Of a DNA stretch of 34,663 nucleotides, positions 18,201 to 27,199 are shown in pieces; the first letter of the stretch is position 1; each line of letters begins with the position of its first letter. Source of the DNA: an uncultured Thermoplasmata archaeon (GTDB lineage Archaea; Thermoplasmatota; Thermoplasmata; JAJSAE01); contig CAZKII010000006.1 in NCBI GenBank assembly GCA_964552865.1, forward strand, positions 1 to 34,663. The letters are read 5' to 3'. The notes below the pieces were generated by a model. It was not told the DNA's origin, did not search any database, and saw only the letters and a program-made list of their open reading frames with translations. The position numbers and the translations under genes are program-made.

Positions 18201-20330
18201 GCGCGAGGGAACCGAGGAGGGAAGTGTAAGAAGATCGGTGCGGAAAAGAGGAACGCTGCCGGTCTCCACATCGCTCTGATAAAGATGGTAGGTGGTGGCG
18301 TTGAAGGTGTAGGACTCCGGTATATCTTCGCTCTGAAACTCGCCCGTTTCCGGGTATATCTTGAGACCGGTCCCGTTCACCGCAGTGGTGTGAAGAGCGG
18401 TGGGGATGATACCGTCAGAAGGTAACATGTAGATGAAGGAGGATGTCGGGGAAAAAAGGGTATTGTTCAGATGTACCTCATAACTATGGCTCGTTCCCGG
18501 ATAATATGTTTCGCTGACCTCGGTATCGATGGTGCGCCCGTCATAGACTTCGGGCGTATCGGAAGGGTACCACCAGTATCCGTCATACCTGTCGAAAGAG
18601 GCGAGCTTCCAGTACCTTATGGCATCGGATGTGCCGTCTGTAGTTATGTTGAAAAGGAGCGTATCGGATGATATGGTCCCCATGAGCCACGGATACGGCC
18701 ACCCCGCGTCCGACCTCTGATTGTTCGGATATGGGTCCAGAGGGTCTATTATGCCGTCGAAATCCGTGTCGGGATTGTTCGGGTCGGTGTTGTGCTGATA
18801 TTCCACGAGATTCACCCAGTAATAAATGCCGCCGTCCTCACCCGCCGCATCGTTGTCCTCATACGCATCCGAGGGGTCCAGCGGATTGAGGGAATAGTGC
18901 AGTTCCCAGCCGTCAGGCATCCCGTCACCGTCGGTATCCGGGTTCCAGGGGTCGGTCCCCGACAGATACTCCTGATAATTTGTGAGGCCGTCGCCGTCGA
19001 GGTCCGTCTGCGCATCCGATGCATTGTTCGGGTCGGGTGCCCAGTGATAATCCACATACTCTCCGTTGAAATACTCCCAGCCATCAGGTATGCCGTCGCC
19101 GTCGGTGTCGGGGTTCGTCGCATTGGTCGGTTTCGCCGCATATTTCTGAGGATCGACTTCCGTGCCGTCAAAGAGGCCGTCGCTGTCGGTATCGGGGTTG
19201 TTCGGGTCCGTGAAATAGACGAAGACCTCCTGATAATCAGTGAGACCGTCCGAATCCGTATCCCTCTCGGTGGCATTGGTGAAATATGTCGTATTGGCGT
19301 ATACCGGACTCGCAACGCCGTGAACCTCTGTACCATCGCTGATACCTTCGCCGTCGGTGTCCGGAACAAGGGGGTTGGTACCGTACTCAAGCTCTTCGGC
19401 ATCCCCGAGACCGTCCCCATCGGTATCATTGTTTCTCGGATCCGTGCCCAGCTGCAGCTCCATGAGGTTCGTGAGGCCATCCCCGTCGGCGTCCCGTTCG
19501 GCATCGGAGGGGTCCAGAGGGTCGAAACCGTAGCGCACCTCCCAGCCGTCGGGCATGCTGTCGTTATCCGTGTCCGGGTTCCATGGGTCGGTGAGGTTCA
19601 GATACTCGCCCAGATTCGCCAGAAGATCCGTATCCGGGTCAAGCGCGGCGTCCGCTGGAAGGAGGGGATTGAGATTATTGGAAACCTCCCAGCCGTCAGG
19701 CATTCCGTCCCCGTCCGTATCCGGGGAAAGAGGGTTGGTGTGATACACGGAGACCTCCGAGCCGTCCAGAAGGCCGTCGCCGTCCGTGTCGGGATTGCTC
19801 GCTCCCGTGTGATTGAGATACTCGGAAAGGTTCGGAAGACCGTCCGAATCCATATCCCCTGCGGCGTCGTCCGGATTGAGGGGGTCAAGGCCGTTGAACA
19901 CCTCCCAGCCGTCGGGCATTCCGTCGCCGTCGGTATCGGGGTTGGCAGGGGAGGTGCCGTTCAGAAACTCGGCATAGTTCGGGAGAGCATCGTTGTCCGT
20001 ATCCTGACGGGCGTCAAGGGGAGATGTCGGGTCAAGGGTCCAGACCCCGGCAGACTCGATCCACTGGCGGTTTTCCAGCTCCCAGCCGTCAGGCATACCG
20101 TCGCCGTCCGAATCGTTGGAGTAGGGATTCGTTCCGTAGTCATATATCTCCTTAACATCAGGAATGCCGTCCCCATCGGAATCCGCATAGGAAAGGGTAC
20201 CTCCGGCGTTCTTATCCACCGAGAAGGGTGAGTTGAGCACAGGGGAGAACAGCGACGGAAGGACCATGACAAAGAGAAGTATCACGGATAGGAGAAGCAT
20301 GCGCCACTTGAGAACAGGGAAACGCCTCAT
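15225..20330 (-). CDS. 1701-aa surface protein: Ca-binding repeats, transglutaminase-like domain, Ig-like repeats, TM, DUF4129-like tail
   Basis: Signal/TM; ~19 D-x-D-x-D-G repeats; TGase-like core (FASAF..MAR...IPTRVAVGF, HLWDEV, GWVELD); beta-rich repeats; C-terminal TVREF...FEEARYS. Confidence 0.88.
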   Translation of the reverse strand: MRRFPVLKWRMLLLSVILLFVMVLPSLFSPVLNSPFSVDKNAGGTLSYADSDGDGIPDVKEIYDYGTNPYSNDSDGDGMPDGWELENRQWIESAGVWTLDPTSPLDARQDTDNDALPNYAEFLNGTSPANPDTDGDGMPDGWEVFNGLDPLNPDDAAGDMDSDGLPNLSEYLNHTGASNPDTDGDGLLDGSEVSVYHTNPLSPDTDGDGMPDGWEVSNNLNPLLPADAALDPDTDLLANLGEYLNLTDPWNPDTDNDSMPDGWEVRYGFDPLDPSDAERDADGDGLTNLMELQLGTDPRNNDTDGDGLGDAEELEYGTNPLVPDTDGEGISDGTEVHGVASPVYANTTYFTNATERDTDSDGLTDYQEVFVYFTDPNNPDTDSDGLFDGTEVDPQKYAAKPTNATNPDTDGDGIPDGWEYFNGEYVDYHWAPDPNNASDAQTDLDGDGLTNYQEYLSGTDPWNPDTDGDGMPDGWELHYSLNPLDPSDAYEDNDAAGEDGGIYYWVNLVEYQHNTDPNNPDTDFDGIIDPLDPYPNNQRSDAGWPYPWLMGTISSDTLLFNITTDGTSDAIRYWKLASFDRYDGYWWYPSDTPEVYDGRTIDTEVSETYYPGTSHSYEVHLNNTLFSPTSSFIYMLPSDGIIPTALHTTAVNGTGLKIYPETGEFQSEDIPESYTFNATTYHLYQSDVETGSVPLFRTDLLTLPSSVPSRLLDLSRNVTANYTSVYGKIAAIRDFLRMNYRYNDTPSPPPEGHDAVDWFLFNRREGTTADFASAFCLMARLNNIPTRVAVGFRPGTTADGHNYSVTLGDLHLWDEVLFYNMGWVELDVTSPYFIGPGDGWPAAGDASIVSYPQDITPAYSSVRNLTVNVTHVSDSSVVRGEGQIIVEGFVVDDFGTAVPSVPVSVYLNSSDGQTLLRLGSVTTNDNGYYRAVCLIPWNASLGSGTVVARAHGLNDETNLRSYLPAWSRTFSSGIVITARLYIDLSAPSVVFNGSSMPVTGSLTDWNLRAYSGFNVSLRWDGEYLSTFSTNESGNFNITLVINDTAGRHYLSARFNGTSLIYPASGTETVVVRHNLTLNMSVVTENVSAGSEAVFSGTIMDGDVSPSLVDGSISGMWLIYEGAYVARSDINSTGFFLLNFTLPSDTVPGVKNVSVYFPESDFYGWVYLPLNLTVYGNCTVSIGKSEGVRNSTVSIEGVVRNLQSMPLRNMSVILYVNGSEEGVAVTGPDGSFSIPYHIPADTPGGPLNISVSTLDENYYFASEAESSITVTVPTVIDVHGMALVKGDSFNITGSLETELGEPLPDGRVSVFWDRMNIGTAEVRNGLFSLPYNVSVGDPGGVISVTATFDGSGFYLNSTGTGDFTVFARTSLVFLPIDDAVAGRNVTISGRLYEDDLSPVSSVPVYLELAGENWTAITSANGTFVSVHRLGNISAGHYSVRAYFNGSDSSYLLRSSAAGEVRVREESYLSIVLPDRVTREFEIRVRLTGQQGEVLAGQEIVLLTNRTYTAVTNSTGWATVPVYFAGNESGIMGIKVMFNGTELYLPASANSTALLFVEGGISGSLSGVMVVSMGLAVAVIAVLLYFVRKGRMKAIKEAMDRAIYHLEVRDDYHRIVFETYRHLIKLLKRYGYLKQDWQTVREFQQALREAIPGISERNLKRIFDIFEEARYSHHGISEEEAREIKAAFEDFRSEIIGLMEGRK
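18730..20183 (-). repeat. Coding tandem Ca-binding (TSP3-like) repeats, e.g. DTDGDGMPDGWE
   Basis: About 19 degenerate copies counted in the translation. Confidence 0.9.
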
Positions 20331-21205
20331 TGCTCTCCCTCCTGAGAATCCATGCGGAGCATCTCCTCCGGCTTCAGCCCGCCGCCCGAGCGCCTGCGGT
20401 CCAGTCTCGCCTTTCTTCTCCTTACCCGGACTACCTGAGAGAACACGCCGAGAACAACAAGGATGGTTAGAAGGACATACGGAATCGGGGACTGCGGTTC
20501 GGTCGGAGGGGGTACTGTCTCCGTACCTGCCACATAGACAGGGGAATAGCCCTCCATGGTTACCGCGGTTATGTTATAACTGTGGGTGCCGGCACCCATG
20601 CTCCCTCTTATGGAGACCGGAACAGAGGAACCGGCGGGGACCGTCCCGAACTCGGCGGTATCGCTGAGTTTTCCGTCTATGAAAAGAGAGACCGCAACAT
20701 TGTGGGCGCTGACATTCCCGATAACCGTGAGATTCAGGCTGAAGGCCACGGAATCGCCATCACGGACGATCACCGGCTGGGAAAGAGAGAGGACGGGTGT
20801 CTCCACCACCACGCTTCCGTTGAAATAGGAAACGCTGGAACCGCTCACCTTCAGCGAAAAGTCATATGTTCCGATGGGCATGGTGGAAGAGGTGGAAACG
20901 GAGAGCACTCCGCTCACGGAGCTAGCGGGGGGCACCGATATCTCCTTCACCGTGCTGTTTTCGAAAATGAGGTTCCACGACATTCTGGGGTCGATGCTCA
21001 CCATGTCCACCGAAACGGAGAGCGGAACCGTACCGTTGTTATCGAATACCAGAGAGAACAGAGCGGTATCTCCCGGGATTACGGATACCTTTGCGGGATA
21101 TGCCGAAAACGAACTGTCCGCACTCACAGTAGCGTTTGTTTGGGCGAAGGCCGCTACAAGTATGAGCACGGAGAGCATAGCTGAAATCATCCTTCCCGAC
21201 TTCAT
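20327..21205 (-). CDS. Exported Ig-like/CARDB-like protein with C-terminal membrane anchor
   Basis: Signal peptide, beta-rich domains, Pro-rich linker, TM and basic tail; first gene of the MoxR operon. Confidence 0.75.
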   Translation of the reverse strand: MKSGRMISAMLSVLILVAAFAQTNATVSADSSFSAYPAKVSVIPGDTALFSLVFDNNGTVPLSVSVDMVSIDPRMSWNLIFENSTVKEISVPPASSVSGVLSVSTSSTMPIGTYDFSLKVSGSSVSYFNGSVVVETPVLSLSQPVIVRDGDSVAFSLNLTVIGNVSAHNVAVSLFIDGKLSDTAEFGTVPAGSSVPVSIRGSMGAGTHSYNITAVTMEGYSPVYVAGTETVPPPTEPQSPIPYVLLTILVVLGVFSQVVRVRRRKARLDRRRSGGGLKPEEMLRMDSQEGEQ

Positions 21206-21306
21206 GGTATCACTAAATCTGCACTGTCATGCAGATATGGGCTCCGCTATATAACCTTATTGCCGTGGCACAGTATGCATTTATATGCCTGAACACTTCC
21301 TCATCC

Positions 21307-21660
21307 ATGCCCGATCTACGCAGAAGCGCCATCTATTCCGTCACCATAGTCTATACTGCGGCGCTGATAATCGCCTCGCTCATTCCGTCGCCCGGAGTCC
21401 CCACAGCCGGGGGACTGGACAAGGCGGAACACTTCCTCGCCTATCTCGTACTCGCATTCCTCGTTTCGCTCTCCCTCGAGGGGAAAAGAGAGGGCATACT
21501 GATACCCTTCCTGTTCGGAACCGCACTGGGAACCCTCCTCGAACTCATGCAGGGGATGGGAGGGGCCAGAAGCTGCAGTTCGTGGGATGCGGTGGCGGAT
21601 TCCCTCGGTTCTCTGGCCGGGGCCCTTATCTTCCGTCTCAAGAGCGGGCATAATCTTTAA
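21307..21660 (+). CDS. VanZ-like membrane protein
   Basis: DKAEHFLAY, ELMQ...R..S.WDAVADSLG; start moved to ATG 21307, downstream of a TATA box. Confidence 0.85.
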   Translation: MPDLRRSAIYSVTIVYTAALIIASLIPSPGVPTAGGLDKAEHFLAYLVLAFLVSLSLEGKREGILIPFLFGTALGTLLELMQGMGGARSCSSWDAVADSLGSLAGALIFRLKSGHNL

Positions 21661-21684
21661 TACATCCCTCCGCCTTGCACACCC

Positions 21685-22335
21685 ATGGGAAAGAACTGGG
21701 TCCTCCAGAAAAAAAGGGATCACTACTACCGCATGGCCAAGCGGGAGAACTACAGGAGCAGGGCCTCTTACAAACTGAAGCAGATCAACTCGAAGTTTCA
21801 TCTTATAAGGCAGGGGGACAGGGTCATAGACCTCGGCTCGTCCCCCGGCGGCTGGTCGCAGGTGGCGGCGGAACTCGCCGGAGAGGAGGGGACGGTCATC
21901 TCCGTGGACATAGACCCGATGAGGCCGATAAGGGGGGTGAAATTCATCCGGGGAGACATGCTTCTGGAGGAAACGCTGAAAAAGGTGGAGGACGCGGCTG
22001 GGGGGAAGGTGGATGTGGTGATATCCGATATGTCCCCAAACATCAGCGGCCACTACTCGTATGATCAGGCCAGATCGGTGGAGCTGGCGGAAATGGCGGT
22101 AAGGACCGCGGAAAAACTCCTGAAGCCGGGCGGGAACTTCGTAACCAAGGTGTTTCAGGGCGACCTGTTTCCGGAATACCTCAAAATCGTGAGAGAAAGG
22201 TTCGCTATGGTCAAGGTGTACTCCCCAAAGGCCTCGCGCTCGGCAAGCTCCGAGGTGTATGTCGTCTGCAAGGGATACAGAGGGATCAGAGAAGATAAAC
22301 AAGAGCGGCCAGAACAGCACCGTAGTGGTCCATAG
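21685..22335 (+). CDS. rlmE: 23S rRNA Um2552 methyltransferase RlmE/FtsJ
   Basis: YRSRASYKL, DLGSSPGGWSQ, SDMSPNISG, FVTKVFQG, ASRSASSEVY. Confidence 0.96.
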   Translation: MGKNWVLQKKRDHYYRMAKRENYRSRASYKLKQINSKFHLIRQGDRVIDLGSSPGGWSQVAAELAGEEGTVISVDIDPMRPIRGVKFIRGDMLLEETLKKVEDAAGGKVDVVISDMSPNISGHYSYDQARSVELAEMAVRTAEKLLKPGGNFVTKVFQGDLFPEYLKIVRERFAMVKVYSPKASRSASSEVYVVCKGYRGIREDKQERPEQHRSGP

Positions 22336-22753
22336 GGATGGAAACCTCCTCGATCCTGTACTCTATCTTCCTGAACTCTATGTCCCGTATCATGGCCATC
22401 TCTTCCATCTTCCACTCCAGAATCTCCTTCAGCGCCTTCTTCGTGCCGTGGAGGTGCCCTTCGGCCACATAACCGCCTTTACCGTCCTTCCTGAAACCGT
22501 AGGCGATACCGGCCGAGATCATCTCTCCCTCGCTCCCCCTCTGTTCCGCAAGAACGCAGTGGGTTATCGAGCCCATGGGAAGCTCCTTGATAGGAACCTG
22601 CTCGATCCCCACGGGCAGAATGGAAGAGACGGAAACGAGGTTCAGTTCCCCTATTTTCGCGTTCAGAAGGGCGAGGTCAAAGGCATTGAGGTCGGAAACC
22701 TTGCTCACCGCCTTCCCCGATGTCACGAAGAATTTCGTAGGTAATGGTAGCAT
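22286..22753 (-). CDS. pdaD: Pyruvoyl-dependent arginine decarboxylase
   Basis: PTKFFVTSG, LNAFDLAL, NLVSVSSILP (Ser-Ser self-cleavage site); start moved to ATG 22753. Confidence 0.92.
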   Translation of the reverse strand: MLPLPTKFFVTSGKAVSKVSDLNAFDLALLNAKIGELNLVSVSSILPVGIEQVPIKELPMGSITHCVLAEQRGSEGEMISAGIAYGFRKDGKGGYVAEGHLHGTKKALKEILEWKMEEMAMIRDIEFRKIEYRIEEVSIPMDHYGAVLAALVYLL

Positions 22754-22851
22754 GGAGGGAGAGAAGTTGCCAGTGGATTTAAAGCTTTTTGCCGGAGCGC
22801 AACAAAGATTATATCCGATGATGACATTACCGTGCCGGAGATGTGTTTGCA

Positions 22852-25272
22852 ATGGCCCACCAGAACATACTTGAAAAGAAGACGGAATTTGTGGACAGAG
22901 AGGGAGAAATGGCCGTTCTCGAATCCATGTTCGAACAGGCGAAGATGGGGAGCGGAAGCATCCTGATGGTGTACGGAGAAATCGGGGTGGGAAAAACCCG
23001 CCTCATGATGGAATTCGGAAAAAGAGTGGAGGAAGCGGGCGGAGCGTTCCTTTACGGAAAGTGCACACCACAGGACGAGGGGATTCCCTATGCGCCGGTG
23101 ACCACCGCTCTGGAGAACTACTCCCTGAAGACTCTGGAAGCGGACATGGGGATGGGGATGGGCCTGATGGGTTTCGTGGAAGCGGCCGACACCGTATCGA
23201 CCGGACTTATGGGCCTTCCCACCGGGGAGGAAGGGGCTGATGTGGCAAGCCTGATGCTGGAAAAGGACAAGATGTTCAGGGAGATCCTCGAACAATTGAA
23301 AGAAGTCGCCCGCGAAAAGCCGATCTTACTGTTCATTGATGACATTCACTGGGCGGACAACGGTACCCTGCAGCTCTTCTCGTTCCTTGCCGGCAGTATC
23401 TCGGACTCCAGAATAATGATATGCACGACGCACCGTTCGGATGAACTGATGGGCACGGATGGGGGCGAGCATCCGCTCACGGAGGTCATAGAGACACTGG
23501 TCAGCGAGAAAATATATGTGGGGATGGAACTAAGACCCCTCGAGAAAGAGGACCTCACCAGAATGGTGGGGAACATACTCGGGAAAGAGGAGATCCCGGA
23601 CAAACTATGCGATGCGCTCTATGAAGAGACGGGGGGAAACCCGCTGTTCGTGGAGGAGGTTCTGGCCTCCCTGATGGAAGATGGGATAATAGACAGGGGC
23701 CTCGAAGGATGGGACGACGGCGTGGACATCATATCGTTCGCCATTCCCAGTACAATCGTGGATGTGCTCGAAAGAAGGATCGCAAACCTTTCCACCGCAG
23801 CCAAAAGGGTGCTTCGGTACGCATCACTCACAGGGAACGAAATAGAACTTGACCTGATACTGGATGTCTGCGAAATGAGCGAGGAGGACATTCTCGACTC
23901 CATTGAAGAACTGATAAATGCGGGGATCATCTCAGAAACGATAAAGGGAGACAAGATATTCCTCACCTTCACCAGAAAACACGCCACATCTCTCATCTCC
24001 GAAAGATTGAGCAGAAGCCGACGACTCATCATCCACAGGAAACTGGGCTATGCCATGGAGAAACTGTATGCGGAAAGCGGAGAGGAGCGGGTATATTCTC
24101 TGGCCAGACACTTCCTTGAAGGGCAGGTCTATGATAAGGCCTACACATATCTGGTAAAAGCCGCAGAGGGCTCCATGAAAAGGCTGGCGCTCGGAAAGGC
24201 GCTGAATTACTATCTGTCCGCCCTCAATGTTCTGACCCAGCATATGAACATCGAGGAGCATAAAGAGGACATAATGCACCTCAGCTGGAGCATCGGAGAG
24301 CTGCTAATGGGCGAAAGCCGTTGGGACGAGGCGAAAGAGCACTTTCAACGGGGAATATATCTGGCAAGAGAACTGGACGACAGAGAGTATCTCTCCCTCT
24401 TCCAGCGCGGGATAGCCGATGCATTGAGGAATCTGGGCGATTACGCGGAGGCCGAGAAGCTCTACGACGAATCCCTCGAGATCTCACTGGACCTCGACGA
24501 CAAGAAAGGCATTGCAGAGGCGAACAGGGGCCTCGGATATATCCACTGGCGAAAGGGCGAGTTCCGGGACGCAATCTCCCACTTCAACGAGGCCATAGGG
24601 AGCGCGATGCAGATCAACGACAGTCAGCTGATGGCGCGCATATTCATAGAGCTAGGGAACACCTACAACCAGAGAGGGGATCTGGACAAGGCCCTTGATT
24701 ACTACAACCGAAGCATGGAAACCCTCAGAGAGTTCGGGAACTATCAGGAGCTGGCCAGGGCGCTCAATAACGCAGGAGACATATACCTGCGGCGCGGGGA
24801 ATGGGACAACGCCATCGAATCCTTCGAGAAGTGCAGGGAAAGCGCGGAAAAAGCCAGAAACAGGAATTTCGTCGCGTGGTCCCTGTTCAACGGTGCCGAG
24901 GCGTATGCGAAGAGCGGAAACCCGGAGATGGCCGAGAAGTACGCGCGGGAAGGGCTCGAGATCTGCAGAGAGATGAAGGACAGGATCGGAGAGCACGGAG
25001 CCCTCAAGGCGCTGGCAATCGCACTGACGAAGAAAGGGGAGCCGGAGAAAGCGGTGGAGATATTCCAGAAGGCCCTGAACATAGCGGACGAAATGGAGAT
25101 CCCGTACGAAAAGGGGATTTCCCTGATGGAACTGGCCGAGACATACCACACCATGGGCGAGAAAGAGAAGGAAAAGGAGGCTCTGGAACAGGCTCTGAAG
25201 ATATTCGAGGACCTGGGAGCGGAGCAGGACATCGCGAGAGCCAGAGAGCGGCTAGATGGTCTGGAGAAATAA
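22852..25272 (+). CDS. STAND-like P-loop ATPase with C-terminal TPR array
   Basis: FVDREGE, Walker A GEIGVGKT, Walker B LLFIDDIHWAD, TGGNPLF; ~8-9 TPR-like repeats. Confidence 0.88.
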   Translation: MAHQNILEKKTEFVDREGEMAVLESMFEQAKMGSGSILMVYGEIGVGKTRLMMEFGKRVEEAGGAFLYGKCTPQDEGIPYAPVTTALENYSLKTLEADMGMGMGLMGFVEAADTVSTGLMGLPTGEEGADVASLMLEKDKMFREILEQLKEVAREKPILLFIDDIHWADNGTLQLFSFLAGSISDSRIMICTTHRSDELMGTDGGEHPLTEVIETLVSEKIYVGMELRPLEKEDLTRMVGNILGKEEIPDKLCDALYEETGGNPLFVEEVLASLMEDGIIDRGLEGWDDGVDIISFAIPSTIVDVLERRIANLSTAAKRVLRYASLTGNEIELDLILDVCEMSEEDILDSIEELINAGIISETIKGDKIFLTFTRKHATSLISERLSRSRRLIIHRKLGYAMEKLYAESGEERVYSLARHFLEGQVYDKAYTYLVKAAEGSMKRLALGKALNYYLSALNVLTQHMNIEEHKEDIMHLSWSIGELLMGESRWDEAKEHFQRGIYLARELDDREYLSLFQRGIADALRNLGDYAEAEKLYDESLEISLDLDDKKGIAEANRGLGYIHWRKGEFRDAISHFNEAIGSAMQINDSQLMARIFIELGNTYNQRGDLDKALDYYNRSMETLREFGNYQELARALNNAGDIYLRRGEWDNAIESFEKCRESAEKARNRNFVAWSLFNGAEAYAKSGNPEMAEKYAREGLEICREMKDRIGEHGALKALAIALTKKGEPEKAVEIFQKALNIADEMEIPYEKGISLMELAETYHTMGEKEKEKEALEQALKIFEDLGAEQDIARARERLDGLEK

Positions 25273-25289
25273 GGGAAAGGTTTTTCGGC

Positions 25290-26804
25290 CTAGAGTATTG
25301 GAACCAGTCTTACATGGGGTGCGCCCTTTTCCTCGTCCTCCACAATGGCATATATCCCTGTCTTCGGCTTTATTCCGTATATGCACGGAGTACGGTCGAT
25401 GTCCAGAATCCTGAAGTAGCTGTCCGCCATGTTCATTATCTCCTGCGTCAGCTTCAGGCCGGGCTTTATCACGCCGATGCCGAGGTTCTTCGAGTTCTTT
25501 ATATTCGAAACCGCACTGAGAAGCTCCTTGATGGCTATGGTATCTCCGCGCAGGTACTCTATGGTATCGAATCCCGTGTATTCCATTATGGGGCGCCTTT
25601 CAGGGCCGATGAGCTCGCGATAGGCATCCTTCACCATCTTTATGGCCTCGTCCTTTCCTCTGGCAAGAGGCAGTACGAACTTCCTGTCACTGCTGGAGGA
25701 GAAGTAGTCCATGACGCGGACATGCCTGTCGAAATCCTCCTCCGGGATGAAGCGCACCGAATCCTTCCTGACCATCTCCGGATGCGTTCCTCCGGTCAGT
25801 GTGGCCACGACGCCTCTGTGATGGGATATGAAATTCAGTATTATGGGCCGTGCTATGGAATCGTACTCTTCTACGGAGAGGTTCTCGTCTATTTCGAATA
25901 CATTATAACTTCCTACCCTGAAACCGCCGTCCAGAAGGGCATCGAGGTCTGGCGTGCCGGTGCTGTATCTCCCCTTCGAGTCGGGGACTGGCTCCCATGG
26001 TTTGACATTGTTGAAATGCGGTGTGAACGGCTCGAAACTCCTGAATCTGCCGCCAGTAAGGGTCATCAGGTAGTTTGGCTGGCGTATCTCTGTGGCGCGA
26101 AGCTTGGCCAGATGTATCCGTCGTATCCTTCGGCCGTTTATCTCCTCCCGCGACAGGGATATGACACCATCGACGAGGTATTCTATATCGGGGGCCTCTG
26201 CCTTCTCCAGAACAAAGAGTATGTTCGTGTTGGAATTCTCGGCGAGATCCTTCTGAAGGGTCATTATGAGGTCCTCCATGTCCAGCCCGTACTTCTGAGT
26301 GACGCCCTCCACGCTATCCACCACAAGCATGGCCTTCTCCGGCAGGACCGCTTCTATGCGGTCGTAGATCCTCTCTATTTCCGGTATCCTCTGGCGCTCG
26401 GTGAGAACAGAGAGTCTCGTTCTGTCCACCTTGGTAGGGGGAGCGGTCTTGTCCTCTCCGATGGAACTCAGGAATTCGCGCGCGCTCTTGAGCTTGACAT
26501 CCTCGGTCCCCTCCTCTTCCTCCTCTTCGCCGCCATAGAGCACTTCCAGAAGCACACGACTGGAATCCACTATCCGAGCCTTCATCTCCTTGTCCTGAAG
26601 CCACGGAAACTGAACATAAAGCGAGGCGTCGGAAACCCTTGTGGACAGGTAAAAACTCGTGTTGGCATCCGCCAGCTCCTCCAGCAACTGAAGTGCAAGG
26701 GTGGTCTTCCCGGTACCTGCTGCGCCCTTTACCAGAAGGGAGCGCCCGCCCGGCTTGTCGAAGAACTCCTTTATCTCCATGGGCAGAGAGATCTTATCTT
26801 TCAT
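25290..26804 (-). CDS. GvpD/KaiC-like tandem RecA-fold ATPase
   Basis: KGAAGTGKTT, LVVDS, EYLVDGVI, KLR; second domain starts STGTPDLDALLDGG with a degenerate Walker A. Confidence 0.82.
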   Translation of the reverse strand: MKDKISLPMEIKEFFDKPGGRSLLVKGAAGTGKTTLALQLLEELADANTSFYLSTRVSDASLYVQFPWLQDKEMKARIVDSSRVLLEVLYGGEEEEEEGTEDVKLKSAREFLSSIGEDKTAPPTKVDRTRLSVLTERQRIPEIERIYDRIEAVLPEKAMLVVDSVEGVTQKYGLDMEDLIMTLQKDLAENSNTNILFVLEKAEAPDIEYLVDGVISLSREEINGRRIRRIHLAKLRATEIRQPNYLMTLTGGRFRSFEPFTPHFNNVKPWEPVPDSKGRYSTGTPDLDALLDGGFRVGSYNVFEIDENLSVEEYDSIARPIILNFISHHRGVVATLTGGTHPEMVRKDSVRFIPEEDFDRHVRVMDYFSSSSDRKFVLPLARGKDEAIKMVKDAYRELIGPERRPIMEYTGFDTIEYLRGDTIAIKELLSAVSNIKNSKNLGIGVIKPGLKLTQEIMNMADSYFRILDIDRTPCIYGIKPKTGIYAIVEDEEKGAPHVRLVPIL

Positions 26805-27156
26805 TCTCGAACACCTCCTTCACCCGTGTAACGGCCTCCTGAACGGCCTCGTTCAGCTCGGCAGGGTCCTTCTTACCCATTACAGCCACCATCGACTTCC
26901 TGTTAAGTCCCATCATGGCCATGTTCTCGCTATCCGACACCGAGTTCACGGTGATGGGGCCGCTGATACCGAGGCTGGAATATATGACCTCCGTGGCACC
27001 GAGCACCGTTGCGGTAAGGGTGGCAAAGGTCTCCTTGTTCCCGTCATCCAGCCCGTGCCATGCAATGGGAACTCCGTTCCTCGATATTACGGCGCATACG
27101 CTAAGACCGTTCCTTTCGGATATGTCCGCAAGTGTTTCCTTCAGACTCTCCAGCAT
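26794..27156 (-). CDS. Roadblock/LC7 domain protein
   Basis: AVISRNGVPIA...ETFATLTATVLGATE pattern; 120 aa; overlaps the ATPase start. Confidence 0.85.
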   Translation of the reverse strand: MLESLKETLADISERNGLSVCAVISRNGVPIAWHGLDDGNKETFATLTATVLGATEVIYSSLGISGPITVNSVSDSENMAMMGLNRKSMVAVMGKKDPAELNEAVQEAVTRVKEVFENER

Positions 27157-27199
27157 AGTTTCACCTTCGATTCTCTGGAGCTAATAGCCAGAGCATTAT

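Noticed and set aside
18792-20231. 479-aa plus-strand repetitive ORF
   Set aside because: Antisense mirror of the Asp/Gly-rich Ca-binding repeats.
22818-22865. Second box C/D sRNA starting at ATGATGA
   Set aside because: No proper CTGA D or D' boxes and no terminal stem; lies within the promoter of the STAND gene.
25290-26804. Evidence for gas vesicles or a circadian clock
   Set aside because: No gvpA/gvpN or kaiB in the window; the domain family is widespread in archaea.
24801-26831. 676-aa plus-strand ORF
   Set aside because: Alternative-frame and antisense shadow of the TPR and GvpD-like genes; no motifs; expected in GC-rich DNA.
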